The notes beneath the pieces were generated by a model. The model saw only the letters and a program-made list of their open reading frames with translations, was not told the origin of the DNA and searched no databases. A stretch of DNA of 64,000 nt, from NCBI GenBank assembly GCA_021824065.1, contig JAKALU010000002.1, forward strand, positions 11,243 to 75,242, given 5' to 3'. Source of the stretch: Nitrospirota bacterium (GTDB lineage Bacteria; Nitrospirota; Thermodesulfovibrionia; Thermodesulfovibrionales; UBA1546). Position numbers and translations under genes: made by a program. Of this stretch, positions 8,306 to 18,947 are shown one piece after another; position 1 is the stretch's first letter, and each line of letters starts with the position of its first letter.

Positions 8306-10403
8306 AAACCTCTCAGAATTCCCAATACAGTATATCAAAGGTGTAGGGCCTCGGAGGGCGAAACTTCTTAACACCCTCGGCATCAGAACCGTAGAGGATG
8401 CTATATATTACCTGCCGTATAGATACGAAGACAGGAAAAATATTAAGAAGATAGCTAACCTTAGTTACGGACAACTCGAAACAGTAATCGGGAAAGTTAT
8501 TGCCGCTGATGTAATCAAACTACCTAAAGGCAATCTCAAGATATTCGAACTCACAGTATCTGATGGAAGCGGGTTGATTAAGGGAAAGTGGTTTAATCAG
8601 CCATTCCTGAAGAAGAACTTTGAGATAGGGCAGGAAGTGGTCCTGAGCGGTATTGTTAAGAGGAATCCTTACTGGGGAATAGGCTTCGAATTTGATAATC
8701 CGGAGTATGAATTCCTGACCGATGACAGGGACGCCTTTATACATACATCAAGGATTGTCCCTGTGTACAGGACAACTGCGGGCCTAAGTGTAAGACAGCT
8801 AAGGACCATCATGTTCAATCTGATTAACTCCTGCATCGAGGATTTATCTGACGTTATACCAGAGGAGATACTTGAGAGGAATAACCTTCCCGAGCTTAGA
8901 AAGAGCATTCTTAATTCCCATTTTCCTGACCCTGAACTTGTTTCTGGAGAGACAGACATAGATGTTCTCAACAGAGGGGTAAGCATTTATCAGAAAAGAC
9001 TCTCTTTTGATGAGCTGTTTATGTTTGAGCTCGGGCTTTCAGCACTGAAGAAAGGCAAAGTCATTGAAAAGGGGCTATCATTTAATGCAGAAGGCATTCT
9101 TGTGCACAGACTCCTTGATATGCTTCCATTCAGACTTACTGCAGCACAGCAGAGGGTGTTTAACGAGATACTTAGTGACATGAAAAAGCCCCATCCAATG
9201 AACCGACTGCTGCAGGGAGATGTTGGTTGCGGCAAGACCATCATCGCAATTATGGCAATGCTCACTGCTGTTGAATGTGGTTATCAGTCTGTGCTGATGG
9301 CACCGACCGAAATACTTGCAGAGCAGCATTATATAAATATGCATAAGATTATAGAAGACACAGGACTTAATATATGCCTTCTTACAGGAAGCATAAAAAA
9401 GAGGCCTCTCGATGATATAGCATCAGGAAAGATTAATATAATTATCGGCACACACGCACTGATACAGGAAGGGGTAGGGTTTAAAAGTCTTGGGCTTGTA
9501 ATAATAGATGAACAACACAGGTTTGGTGTTATGCAGAGGGCACTCCTGAGGGAAAAGGCTATAAACCCTGATGTCCTTGTTATGACCGCAACGCCAATTC
9601 CGAGAACGCTGGCAATGACACTCTATGGTGACCTTGATTATTCCGTGATAGATGAACTCCCACCTGAAAGAAGACCTGTAATAACTCGTTTGTTTAATAC
9701 TAAACAAAAGGATTATATTTATAAGGCGATTGCTGATGAGACCAGAAAAGGCAGACAGGTTTATGTTGTATACCCTGTAATAGAGGAGACCGGGAAATCA
9801 AATCTTAAATCTGCAATAATAGGTAAGGAGGCGCTGGAGAAGATTTTCCCTGATTTGAAGGTCAATCTTATTCACGGCAGGATGAAGCCTCAGGAAAAGG
9901 AAGGGGTTATGGCATCGTTTAAAAGCGGCGGGATTGACATCCTTGTTAGCACGACTGTGATAGAAGTTGGAGTGGATGTACCAAATGCATCAATGATGCT
10001 CATAGTCCATGCTGAGAGATTCGGGCTTGCACAGCTTCACCAGCTTAGGGGCAGGGTTGGAAGGGGGGGCAGTCAATCGTATTGTTTTTTGTTAGCATAC
10101 GACCCATTAGGTGAGGACGCTGAGAAGAGACTTGATATAATGGTAAAAAGCAACGACGGATTCAGGATTGCAGAGGAAGACCTTGCTATAAGGGGGCCCG
10201 GAGAATTTTTCGGTACAAGACAGGCAGGGATGCCTGACCTCAGGATTGCAAACATAATAAGGGATGCAAGGCTTCTTGATACTGCAAGAAAAGAAGCATT
10301 TGCCTTGATAAACAAAGATGCTGAGCTTAAGACATTCCCCGAGTTAAAAAAGGGACTTGAACGGTTCTGGAAAGGAAAGGTTGAGTTATTTAAGACGAGT
10401 TGA
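8298..10403 (+). CDS. recG: ATP-dependent DNA helicase RecG
   Basis: Wedge domain then LLQGDVGCGKT Walker A, DEQHRFG, TATPIPRTL, QLHQLRGRVGRG; overlaps nusA stop by 8 nt. Confidence 0.95.
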   Translation: MGKNLSEFPIQYIKGVGPRRAKLLNTLGIRTVEDAIYYLPYRYEDRKNIKKIANLSYGQLETVIGKVIAADVIKLPKGNLKIFELTVSDGSGLIKGKWFNQPFLKKNFEIGQEVVLSGIVKRNPYWGIGFEFDNPEYEFLTDDRDAFIHTSRIVPVYRTTAGLSVRQLRTIMFNLINSCIEDLSDVIPEEILERNNLPELRKSILNSHFPDPELVSGETDIDVLNRGVSIYQKRLSFDELFMFELGLSALKKGKVIEKGLSFNAEGILVHRLLDMLPFRLTAAQQRVFNEILSDMKKPHPMNRLLQGDVGCGKTIIAIMAMLTAVECGYQSVLMAPTEILAEQHYINMHKIIEDTGLNICLLTGSIKKRPLDDIASGKINIIIGTHALIQEGVGFKSLGLVIIDEQHRFGVMQRALLREKAINPDVLVMTATPIPRTLAMTLYGDLDYSVIDELPPERRPVITRLFNTKQKDYIYKAIADETRKGRQVYVVYPVIEETGKSNLKSAIIGKEALEKIFPDLKVNLIHGRMKPQEKEGVMASFKSGGIDILVSTTVIEVGVDVPNASMMLIVHAERFGLAQLHQLRGRVGRGGSQSYCFLLAYDPLGEDAEKRLDIMVKSNDGFRIAEEDLAIRGPGEFFGTRQAGMPDLRIANIIRDARLLDTARKEAFALINKDAELKTFPELKKGLERFWKGKVELFKTS

Positions 10404-10467
10404 AGAAGCGGGTAGCGTGTTTAGATAGTCTTATGCTACACGCTATACGCTAACCAGAGGAGGTATT

Positions 10468-10782
10468 ATGTGGAAAAGGCTTAAAAGTAATTTTGATGCC
10501 GGCATAGAAAAGATAAAATGGTTTTCCTCTTTATTGTCAGAGCGGCTTAAGATTGAGTTTTCAATTGTTAAGCTTTTGCAGGACCGAGGAAAAAAGGAAA
10601 AAGATAGGGCAGAAAAGATGAGGTTTATTGGAGAACGTGTATTTGAGCTTAGAAATCATCAAGACAAAAATATTTTTAAGGACAAGGAGATACTGGAAAC
10701 TATAAGCGAACTCGAGAGAATTGATGCCGAGATAGAAGATATAAAGAAAAAGGCATCAGAGATGAGCAAGATTGAAGGATAA
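10468..10782 (+). CDS. hypothetical coiled-coil protein
   Basis: SD agaggagg 5 nt upstream; K/E-rich helical sequence, no recognised domain. Confidence 0.5.
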   Translation: MWKRLKSNFDAGIEKIKWFSSLLSERLKIEFSIVKLLQDRGKKEKDRAEKMRFIGERVFELRNHQDKNIFKDKEILETISELERIDAEIEDIKKKASEMSKIEG

Positions 10783-10791
10783 GATTTAAAA

Positions 10792-11571
10792 ATGCAGTAT
10801 TTAATTTTATATGGCATAATTTTTATCTTTGGCTCTATAGTTGGTTCTTTTTTAAATGTCTGCATATACAGGATCCCGAGGGGAGAATCGATAATCATAC
10901 CAGCATCACATTGTCCTTCATGCAATGCACCAATAAAGATATGGGATAATATCCCAATCCTGAGCTATGTAATGTTAGGTGGGAGATGCAGGGCATGCAA
11001 GTCAAGAATATCCCTCAGATACCCTCTGGTTGAAGCCATGAATGCATTGCTTTACATTGCATTGCTCTGGAGATTTAGAATTGGATGGCATACGCTTTTT
11101 TATTTTGCTTTAGCCTCTGCTCTGATAGTTATAACGTTCATAGACCTTGATTTTCAGATAATACCCGACGGGATAACGCTGCCTGGTATTCTGATAGGAA
11201 CGATCGCAGGCTCATTAATACTTCCCGACCCATTTTTGAGATGGTCTTTGCTTGGGTATAAGGCATCTGTTTTTGGAGCTTTGACAGGGTTCGGACTATT
11301 TTATATAGTAGCTGTTCTGAGCCGGGGTGGAATGGGCGGGGGTGATATAAAGATGATGGCAATGGTTGGAGCATTAATGGGATGGAAGTCTGTGCTCCTG
11401 ACAACCTTTCTTGGCAGTCTCCTGGGTTCTGTCTGGGGCATATCTTTAATGGTGTTTAAGGGTAAGGGAAGAAAGACAAAAATACCGTTCGGGCCATTCC
11501 TCGCAGCAGGAGCAATTATAACCCTTTTTTTAGGTCAAGAAATTTTTTATTGGTATCTTGGACGTAGATGA
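10792..11571 (+). CDS. pilD: prepilin peptidase (A24 family) PilD
   Basis: N-terminal CPSC..CRAC zinc motif, multi-TM, GMGGGDIKMMA active-site aspartate motif. Confidence 0.9.
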   Translation: MQYLILYGIIFIFGSIVGSFLNVCIYRIPRGESIIIPASHCPSCNAPIKIWDNIPILSYVMLGGRCRACKSRISLRYPLVEAMNALLYIALLWRFRIGWHTLFYFALASALIVITFIDLDFQIIPDGITLPGILIGTIAGSLILPDPFLRWSLLGYKASVFGALTGFGLFYIVAVLSRGGMGGGDIKMMAMVGALMGWKSVLLTTFLGSLLGSVWGISLMVFKGKGRKTKIPFGPFLAAGAIITLFLGQEIFYWYLGRR

Positions 11572-12815
11572 ATACAGCGGCGATATTTTTATTAGCATCT
11601 ATATTTCTTCTTGTAATCCTGATATTGTTCTATCTTCTCAAAGCAATTATGAAATTCAGAAGCGAAAAGGAGAAGTTAGGGCATAGAGATACGTCTAATG
11701 TCGGTTTTGTTGTAAATACCTTTCATGAGCTTGTGTCAAAACTTAAAGAGAAAGAGAAAGAACTGGAAATATTAAGGAAGCTCGCAGAGCAAAGGGCCGA
11801 GGATGTCGAGAGTTATAACAGAGATATTCTGCAGAGTGTTCCGAGCGGAGTAATGAGTTTTGACAGGGACTTGAAGATTAAGAGTATAAATTCGTCAGCA
11901 GAGAAGATTCTTGGACTCAAGGCAGAAGGTGCGATAGGGAAGGGCTACGATGAACTCTTAGGCGCTCCTATAGCAGAACTTCTCAAGGAAGGCAAATCCG
12001 TTGAGCGGGGAGAGATTCAATATCAGACATCAGATGGCAGAGGGATACATCTTGCCCTTACCTTTTCCCCTCTGTGTGACAGCGAAGGGAAAGATATAGG
12101 TCATATACTTGTCTTCACAGACCTCACAGAGCTTAAGGCACTCGAGTCCCAGGCCGAATTGAGGAAAAGACTGTCAAGCCTCGGGGAGATGTCTGCTGGC
12201 ATTGCGCATGAACTCAGAAATCCATTAGGTGTTATTGCAGGATATACAAAACTACTTTCCAAAAAAGTGGATGGTGCGTTAATACCAACGGTTGAGGCAA
12301 TCTCGAAAGAGGTTGATGTCATGGACAGGATTATTTCGGATTTTCTGTCTTTTGCAAGGCCAATTGAATTAAACATCTCCAGAGTTAATCTTAATGATAT
12401 GATAAATAGCTGTGTATCGAGCATAATTGGCAATAACAGCAATATAGTAGTGGCCATGGATATTAATAAATCTCTCGTTATATCAGGTGATGAAATACTT
12501 TTGAGACAGGCATTTACAAACCTTGTCCAGAATGCGGTTGAGGCAATGAAAGAAAGTGGCAAACTGAGTTTTGGCTATACAGACACAGCAGACTATATAG
12601 AGATAACGGTATCGGATACAGGACATGGCGTCCCAGAAGGTATAAGAGACAAAATCTTTCTTCCCTTTTATACCACAAAAGAGAAAGGCACAGGACTTGG
12701 CCTTGCAATAGTCCACAAGACCATTGTATCCCATGGAGGCTCCATTATCGTTGATAGCACAAATGCCGGTACCACATTTAGATTGAGACTGCCTGTAACC
12801 GTCAATGTAAAATAA
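11568..12815 (+). CDS. sensor histidine kinase (TM-PAS-HisKA-HATPase)
   Basis: AHELRNPL H-box, N box QNAVEAM, DTGHG, GTGLGLA; ATGA overlap with pilD. Confidence 0.85.
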   Translation: MNTAAIFLLASIFLLVILILFYLLKAIMKFRSEKEKLGHRDTSNVGFVVNTFHELVSKLKEKEKELEILRKLAEQRAEDVESYNRDILQSVPSGVMSFDRDLKIKSINSSAEKILGLKAEGAIGKGYDELLGAPIAELLKEGKSVERGEIQYQTSDGRGIHLALTFSPLCDSEGKDIGHILVFTDLTELKALESQAELRKRLSSLGEMSAGIAHELRNPLGVIAGYTKLLSKKVDGALIPTVEAISKEVDVMDRIISDFLSFARPIELNISRVNLNDMINSCVSSIIGNNSNIVVAMDINKSLVISGDEILLRQAFTNLVQNAVEAMKESGKLSFGYTDTADYIEITVSDTGHGVPEGIRDKIFLPFYTTKEKGTGLGLAIVHKTIVSHGGSIIVDSTNAGTTFRLRLPVTVNVK

Positions 12816-12878
12816 GAATGTCACTTTAAAGTTCGAAAAAGATTTAGCCAACTGCTGAAGATATAAGACTTGTTCCCT

Positions 12879-15401
12879 TTATATTTTTACTCTGCTTTGA
12901 CTCTTTATAAAAATCTTTAACATCGCAAATGCTGCGAGATATGCTCCCCCTCCGAGCCAGAGCACTGCCTTAAAACCTATTTCCATAGCGAGCATGATTG
13001 TGAGAACAGGCGCAAGAACTGAAAAGCAGCCATTGATTGCCCATGCCCATGGTATTAAGGAAGGCTCTCTCTCTCCGAGTATTTTAAGGCCGAGAGGGAA
13101 AGGTATGCCCATGAAAATGCCAACGGGCAGAAGCATTAAAAATACAAATGCTATTTTGAGATATACAGGATGGGGAGATATCTGACCAGAGATATAGGGG
13201 AGGAGGAAGCTGAATGATATAACTATAAGTGTGATAAAAAGCGCTACATACGGACTCCTTAATTGTGAAAATCGCTGGCTTAAGATACTCCCGGTTGCTG
13301 AACTTATGAGGATCGATGTCAGGACTGAAGCAACAGCATAAGATGGGTTCCCTAAAGGGAGTATCATATTCTGGATTAATGATATCTCTATAAACATAAA
13401 CCCGATGCCGAGAAAGGCAAAATAAGGAAGAAGACCAACCTTAAGTTTCACTTTAACTAATGCCGGGACAGGGATGAGCATGATAGCAATACTTAAAACC
13501 AATACCTGGATAAATATCCCTATGAGAAGATATCCTTCCTCTATAAAATACTGCCACTTTTTACCCATAACCTCATAGATTGGTTTAATATTCTTGAGCC
13601 TTAGAAAATAGTTAAAGTAAGGCTTTACATCGTAAGCAGGTTTTATATCAAAGATGTAATTATCAATGAACGACTTTCGTGATTCAGGATTGAGAATATT
13701 CTTAAATGCAGCGGGATATTCATTCGAAGGCATTTTCACATAAATATTGGTTTCGCTTTCTTTTATACCGGGGTAGTGTATGAGATCAAACCGTCTTTCT
13801 TTTGAAAACTTTTTAATTTTTTTAATGTCTTTAGAAGAAAGCCCTGTTTTTTTAAAAAGGATGCTTATAGTCCCCCAACTCCGGATTGCAGCAATATGCT
13901 TTTCAGTATCATTTATCCCCATTTCCTCCACTGCCGTGACAATTGTGTTCAGAAGTCTCAGTTCTATCCTCGGCGGTGGAAGGATGAAGAGATTTATGTT
14001 CAGAAATCCATCTGGTTTTAAATGATTCAGGTATTCTTTAAATGCCTCAACAGTGAAACTGTAATCCTCTGATATGCCGAATAAACCTGAAGGTGTAGCG
14101 GCCGTTAATGGGATGTCAATAATGTCGAATTTCTTGTCATTTGATCTAAGCCATGTCCTTCCGAGTCCTGGTAATGTATTTGTATTATAAATGCCATGGG
14201 AAAATTCCTTAAATTCATCCCTGATTATTTTTATCAGAAGGGGGTTTGATTCGACCTTGATAATGTTTTTCGATCCGTAATATTCAGCCATGAGAACCTG
14301 AAGCCCTCCTTTAGGCTCGATGATTAGCACATCAGGGAGATTACTAACCTCATATGGAGATATCTTCTTTTCCGTCATTCCCGCGGTCCTTTCTCCTCGG
14401 CGAATCGCCTGGGGCGATAAGCGGGAATCCATGTCTTTCTGGATTTCCCGATTAAATCGGGGGATGACATTTTCATTGTCCTTTGTGTCTCTTTGAGACG
14501 TGTATATCTCATAAGGCAGTGCTGACGGTAGATATTCGAGAAACCTGAGAGATTTTTTATCACCAGCATATGTTATGGCATTAACTTCACCCCCATCTAT
14601 TGAGACGCCTGTCTGTTCAGGAAGTGCATCGAGGTATCTGAGACTCAAACCCGGTGCAAACCTTACCGCCGGGCTTTTAAAAACATCAATCTGAGAAAAT
14701 GGGCTGTAAAAGGTCTTTAAATGAGCTGCACCAGGGTATCTTAAGGCAATTTGTAATCCCTTATACGGAGACATTCTCGGATGGATGCTTTCATGGCTTA
14801 TTGCAGCCATAAAAATATTTATTGCGATCAAGATTGCTGAGGCAGTCTTTACTTTCTTGCCCCCGGTAAAAATGGCACCTGTTAAAGCCACGGATGAAAG
14901 GATAAAGACGATATCCTCAAGATGAAAGAAGTGCATTAAAAATAAAATTGTTATTGAGCCAATACCTGCGCCTGAGAGGTCAGAGCCATAGACTATTCCT
15001 GATTGTTCACTCATACTTGAGAATGCAGTTCCAATAATCAACCCTGTAAAGAAGAACGGCATAGAGAGGGTTATGTAATAAAGACTAATATAAAGAAGCT
15101 GGATGCGGTCCCACGAAAGCCTCACAGGGTCAAAGGGAATCTGGTTTGATGCGATATAACAGATGGAGATACTTATGCCGAGTAGAAGCCCATAGATGCT
15201 GATATTGGATAAGCCCTTAAGTTTCGGATATATTGTGAGCAGAGTACCGCTTGCGCCAATTCCAAGCATTGCTATGCTTATTACCATGAATGCAAAGTGA
15301 TACCACAGCGATATTGAGAATATGCGTATAAGTGTTATCTCAAAGGCAAGGGCTGAAAAGGAAGAGAGAAATATGGTTATGAAAATATTTCTTGCAGGCA
15401 T
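12879..15401 (-). CDS. large membrane protein with central spermidine-synthase-like (aminopropyltransferase fold) domain
   Basis: N- and C-terminal multi-TM blocks of the type fused to spermidine synthase-like domains (AFEITLIRIFS..), central Rossmann-like DVLIIEPKGG; carries a repeat-derived in-frame segment. Confidence 0.7.
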   Translation of the reverse strand: MPARNIFITIFLSSFSALAFEITLIRIFSISLWYHFAFMVISIAMLGIGASGTLLTIYPKLKGLSNISIYGLLLGISISICYIASNQIPFDPVRLSWDRIQLLYISLYYITLSMPFFFTGLIIGTAFSSMSEQSGIVYGSDLSGAGIGSITILFLMHFFHLEDIVFILSSVALTGAIFTGGKKVKTASAILIAINIFMAAISHESIHPRMSPYKGLQIALRYPGAAHLKTFYSPFSQIDVFKSPAVRFAPGLSLRYLDALPEQTGVSIDGGEVNAITYAGDKKSLRFLEYLPSALPYEIYTSQRDTKDNENVIPRFNREIQKDMDSRLSPQAIRRGERTAGMTEKKISPYEVSNLPDVLIIEPKGGLQVLMAEYYGSKNIIKVESNPLLIKIIRDEFKEFSHGIYNTNTLPGLGRTWLRSNDKKFDIIDIPLTAATPSGLFGISEDYSFTVEAFKEYLNHLKPDGFLNINLFILPPPRIELRLLNTIVTAVEEMGINDTEKHIAAIRSWGTISILFKKTGLSSKDIKKIKKFSKERRFDLIHYPGIKESETNIYVKMPSNEYPAAFKNILNPESRKSFIDNYIFDIKPAYDVKPYFNYFLRLKNIKPIYEVMGKKWQYFIEEGYLLIGIFIQVLVLSIAIMLIPVPALVKVKLKVGLLPYFAFLGIGFMFIEISLIQNMILPLGNPSYAVASVLTSILISSATGSILSQRFSQLRSPYVALFITLIVISFSFLLPYISGQISPHPVYLKIAFVFLMLLPVGIFMGIPFPLGLKILGEREPSLIPWAWAINGCFSVLAPVLTIMLAMEIGFKAVLWLGGGAYLAAFAMLKIFIKSQSRVKI
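14374..14468. repeat. family-A palindromic repeat element (gtcattcccgcg ... ggggatgac) inside the 12879-15401 CDS
   Basis: Shares termini and gcgggaatcca with the 18854 copy, the core ttctcctcggcgaatc with the 47385 copy (gtctcctcggcgactc in the 54987 and 46086 copies), and ggatttcccgatt with 47385. Confidence 0.8.
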
Positions 15402-15547
15402 ATCTTATTGAGATTATATATGAAAGGGAGGGTTGTTTCTATGGATAAAGCAAGGCATCAAATCCTGAAAATAGTACATAGTTGTCATTTCTGCACTTGC
15501 CCCCTATTTAATTCAGGGGGAAGTATAGGTTCGTATGGGTTATCTTC

Positions 15548-15918
15548 TTATTCCTCTGTTTCTGACTGATGTATTCTAATTCTGCCTATTTCAACAATCC
15601 AGAGATTTTTTTCTATCGACATCCGGGTTAGTGATTGCAAAAACTGGCGCATCAGTTGTTCCAGTAAGGTAATGCTGGGATTTCTGGGGACTCTAATAAC
15701 AGCAATACCTTCTGCTTTGTTAGGTGGAAAACGCGTCACATCCCCAAAGTCCAGATCCAATGTGACAAGACAACGTTGTTCAGCACGACACACATTGTAA
15801 AGGTGAGAATCTGAACAACCTTGCAGCTTTTGCTCACGGATGGTCTGGACGTCGTGTCCTGCAGAACGAAAAAGTTTTTGAGTTCGTGTTCCAAAGTTTT
15901 CGTCGAGTTTGAACTTCA

Positions 15919-15919
<1 letters not shown>
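15548..15919 (-). CDS. DUF5615 PIN-like (Mut7-C-related) putative toxin
   Basis: MKFKLDENF..LVTLDLDFGD pattern as I recall for DUF5615; 1-nt TGATG overlap with upstream DUF433 gene. Confidence 0.65.
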
Positions 15920-16230
<311 letters not shown>

Positions 16231-18837
16231 TCAGTGCATGGATTGAAAGGGGGAGGTAATCTTTTTCCTGATCTTTTTAAGCGTATTCAACGCCTCTTGC
16301 GGAGTCAGTTTCTCCGTGTCAAGATTCACAAGTTCAGATATTATTGGCTCAGGTTTTATTGCAAAGAGATCGAGCTGGACGCCTTTCTTCTTTTTATGGG
16401 ATGCAAATTTCGGCTCTCCTGCCTCATTCAACTCTTCTTTCTCAAGGTTTGTAAGAACCTCTTTTGCCCTCCCGATTACCTCTGATGGAAGGCCTGCAAG
16501 CCGCGCAACCTGAATGCCATAGCTCTTATCAGCAGGCCCTTCTTCGACTTTTCTTAAGAATATTATCTCGTCTCCCCATTCTTTCACAGATACATTGTAG
16601 TTCTTTACGCCGTCGAGTGTAATGGCAAGCTCGGTGAGTTCGTTGTAATGTGTTGCAAAGAGAGTCCTTGCCTTAATTGTTCTTGCTATATGTTCTGCAA
16701 CAGCCCATGCAATGCTGATGCCGTCAAATGTGCTTGTGCCTCTTCCGACCTCATCTATAATAATAAGGCTTTTTGATGATGCGTTATTGAGTATGTTTGC
16801 AGTCTCTATCATCTCGACCATAAATGTGCTCTGTCCTTTTGTTATAAAATCTGATGCTCCAATCCTCGTAAATATCCTGTCAACTATTCCGATCCTTGCC
16901 TCTGCAGCTGGAACGAACCCTCCAATCTGTGCCATAAGGACTATCAAAGCTATCTGCCTCATGTATGTTGATTTCCCAGCCATATTCGGCCCTGTGATTA
17001 CCAAAAGCCTCTGGCCTTCGTTATCCAGGTGCACGCTGTTGGGGATAAAACGCTCTTCACCAGGAATCCTTTCAAGCACAGGGTGTCTTCCGTCTAATAT
17101 CTCGATTGTGCCGCTTTCATCTATCACTGGTTTTGCATAATTATGCCTTTTTGCTACAATTGCCATTGATATCAGAAAGTCTATAGCAGCAATGGCATGA
17201 GATGTCTTTGTGAGGTTTGGAGATTCTTTCTGAACCTCATCGAGTATCTCATTGAAGATTTGATATTCAAGGTTTTTCACCCTCTCTTCGGCGCCTATGA
17301 CCTTTGATTCGTATTCCTTTAGTTCAGGGGTTATAAACCTCTCTCCTCCAACGAGAGTTTGTTTTCTTATATAATAATCAGGCACCTGATCAAGATTTGC
17401 TTTTGTTACCTCAATGTAGTATCCGAATATCTTATTATATCCAACCTTTAATGATGAGATCCCTGTCTTCTTTTTTTCGCTCATCTCAAGTTCTGCAATA
17501 AAATCTTTCCCGCTGGTAGAAACCTTTCTGAGTTCATCGATCTCTTTGTTATATCCTTTTTTAATAATTCCGCCGTCTCTCAGGCTGAGAGGAGGGTTAT
17601 CCATGATGCTCGACTCTATCAGAGACCTCAGGAGAGAGAACTCTGATATCTCATCTGATATTGATTTCAGATATGCCTCCTGGGATGACAGGAGAGCTTT
17701 TTTAATAGCCGGCAGATGTGTAATGGAGTTTTTTATTGCGATAAGGTCTCTCGGATTTGCGCTTTTTGTAGCAACCCTGTTTGATAATCTTTCGATGTCT
17801 TGTACCTTTCTGAAATTGTTGCGTAGTGTTTCGATAAGTTCATATTCCTCAACGAGATATTCGACTGCCCCCTGTTTTTTATGTATCTGTGTTATATCTA
17901 TAAATGGCCTGAGGATTAATCCCCTGAGATACCTACCGCCCATTGATGTTAATGTCTCATCGAGCGCCCACAGGAGGGTGCCTTCTTCTGTTCTTGTTTT
18001 GAGATTATGGGTTAATTCGAGGTTTCTCTGGGTGGCTGCATCCAGGAGCATAAAGGATGTCTGCTTCAGTGTTGAGATCTTTTTGAAGTTCAGGTTTTCT
18101 TTCTGCGTCTCTTCAAGATAATTTATAAGTGCGCCGGCAGCAGATATTGCAGCGGTCATCCCTTCGCAGCCGTATCCATCAAGCGAGGATACCTTAAAGT
18201 GCATTAAAAGGGTCTTATATGCTTCTGTATAATCAAATGCCCAGTCTTCATAACCTGTGGTATAAAAGTTTTTCAGTATCTCCGAGTAATGGATGTTTTC
18301 TCTCAGCGCCTTAGGGCAGAGGATCTCCTTTGGCTCGAACCTGCTGAATTCATCCTCAACAGACTCTGCAGTTTCATATATGACAAATTCACCTGTTGAT
18401 ATGTCTGCTGCTGCAATGCCTGTTTTCTTGCCGTCAGGGAAAAAACTCATGATATAATTATTTTCCTTTGGATGCTCAGGCGCATGTGTTCCCGGAGTGA
18501 TAACCCTCACAACATCCCTCTGGACTATTCCCTTTGCCTCCTTTGCGTCTTCCAGTTGTTCACATATTGCAACCTTATGACCGGCCTTAATCAATTTTGT
18601 TATGTACGTCTCAGATGCAAAATGGGGAATACCACACATGGGCAATGGCTCTTCCTTTGATTTGTCCCTCGATGTGAGGGCTATCTGGAGAATCTTTGAT
18701 GCAACCTTTGCATCCTCCCCAAACATCTCATAGAAATCCCCGAGCCTGAACATAAGGATGCAGTCCTTATATTTCTCTTTGATGCTAGAATATTGTTTCA
18801 TTAAAGGTGTTAATTCAGACACAGTAAAACCTCTCAT
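16231..18837 (-). CDS. mutS: DNA mismatch repair protein MutS
   Basis: TPLMKQY..FYEMFGEDA N-terminus, GPNMAGKSTYMRQ Walker A, DEVGRGTSTFDG. Confidence 0.95.
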   Translation of the reverse strand: MRGFTVSELTPLMKQYSSIKEKYKDCILMFRLGDFYEMFGEDAKVASKILQIALTSRDKSKEEPLPMCGIPHFASETYITKLIKAGHKVAICEQLEDAKEAKGIVQRDVVRVITPGTHAPEHPKENNYIMSFFPDGKKTGIAAADISTGEFVIYETAESVEDEFSRFEPKEILCPKALRENIHYSEILKNFYTTGYEDWAFDYTEAYKTLLMHFKVSSLDGYGCEGMTAAISAAGALINYLEETQKENLNFKKISTLKQTSFMLLDAATQRNLELTHNLKTRTEEGTLLWALDETLTSMGGRYLRGLILRPFIDITQIHKKQGAVEYLVEEYELIETLRNNFRKVQDIERLSNRVATKSANPRDLIAIKNSITHLPAIKKALLSSQEAYLKSISDEISEFSLLRSLIESSIMDNPPLSLRDGGIIKKGYNKEIDELRKVSTSGKDFIAELEMSEKKKTGISSLKVGYNKIFGYYIEVTKANLDQVPDYYIRKQTLVGGERFITPELKEYESKVIGAEERVKNLEYQIFNEILDEVQKESPNLTKTSHAIAAIDFLISMAIVAKRHNYAKPVIDESGTIEILDGRHPVLERIPGEERFIPNSVHLDNEGQRLLVITGPNMAGKSTYMRQIALIVLMAQIGGFVPAAEARIGIVDRIFTRIGASDFITKGQSTFMVEMIETANILNNASSKSLIIIDEVGRGTSTFDGISIAWAVAEHIARTIKARTLFATHYNELTELAITLDGVKNYNVSVKEWGDEIIFLRKVEEGPADKSYGIQVARLAGLPSEVIGRAKEVLTNLEKEELNEAGEPKFASHKKKKGVQLDLFAIKPEPIISELVNLDTEKLTPQEALNTLKKIRKKITSPFQSMH

Positions 18838-18853
18838 TCATTATGTATTTACC

Positions 18854-18923
18854 GTCATTCCCGCGAAGGCGGGAATCCAGAGAGAAGTTAAAGAACTGGA
18901 TTCCGCATCAAGTGCGGAATGAC
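18854..18923. repeat. family-A palindromic repeat element, intergenic copy
   Basis: gtcattcccgcgaaggcgggaatcca...tggattccgcatcaagtgcggaatgac: terminal inverted repeats plus two internal hairpins. Confidence 0.85.
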
Positions 18924-18947
18924 AATAAAATATATTTTTTGATTATA

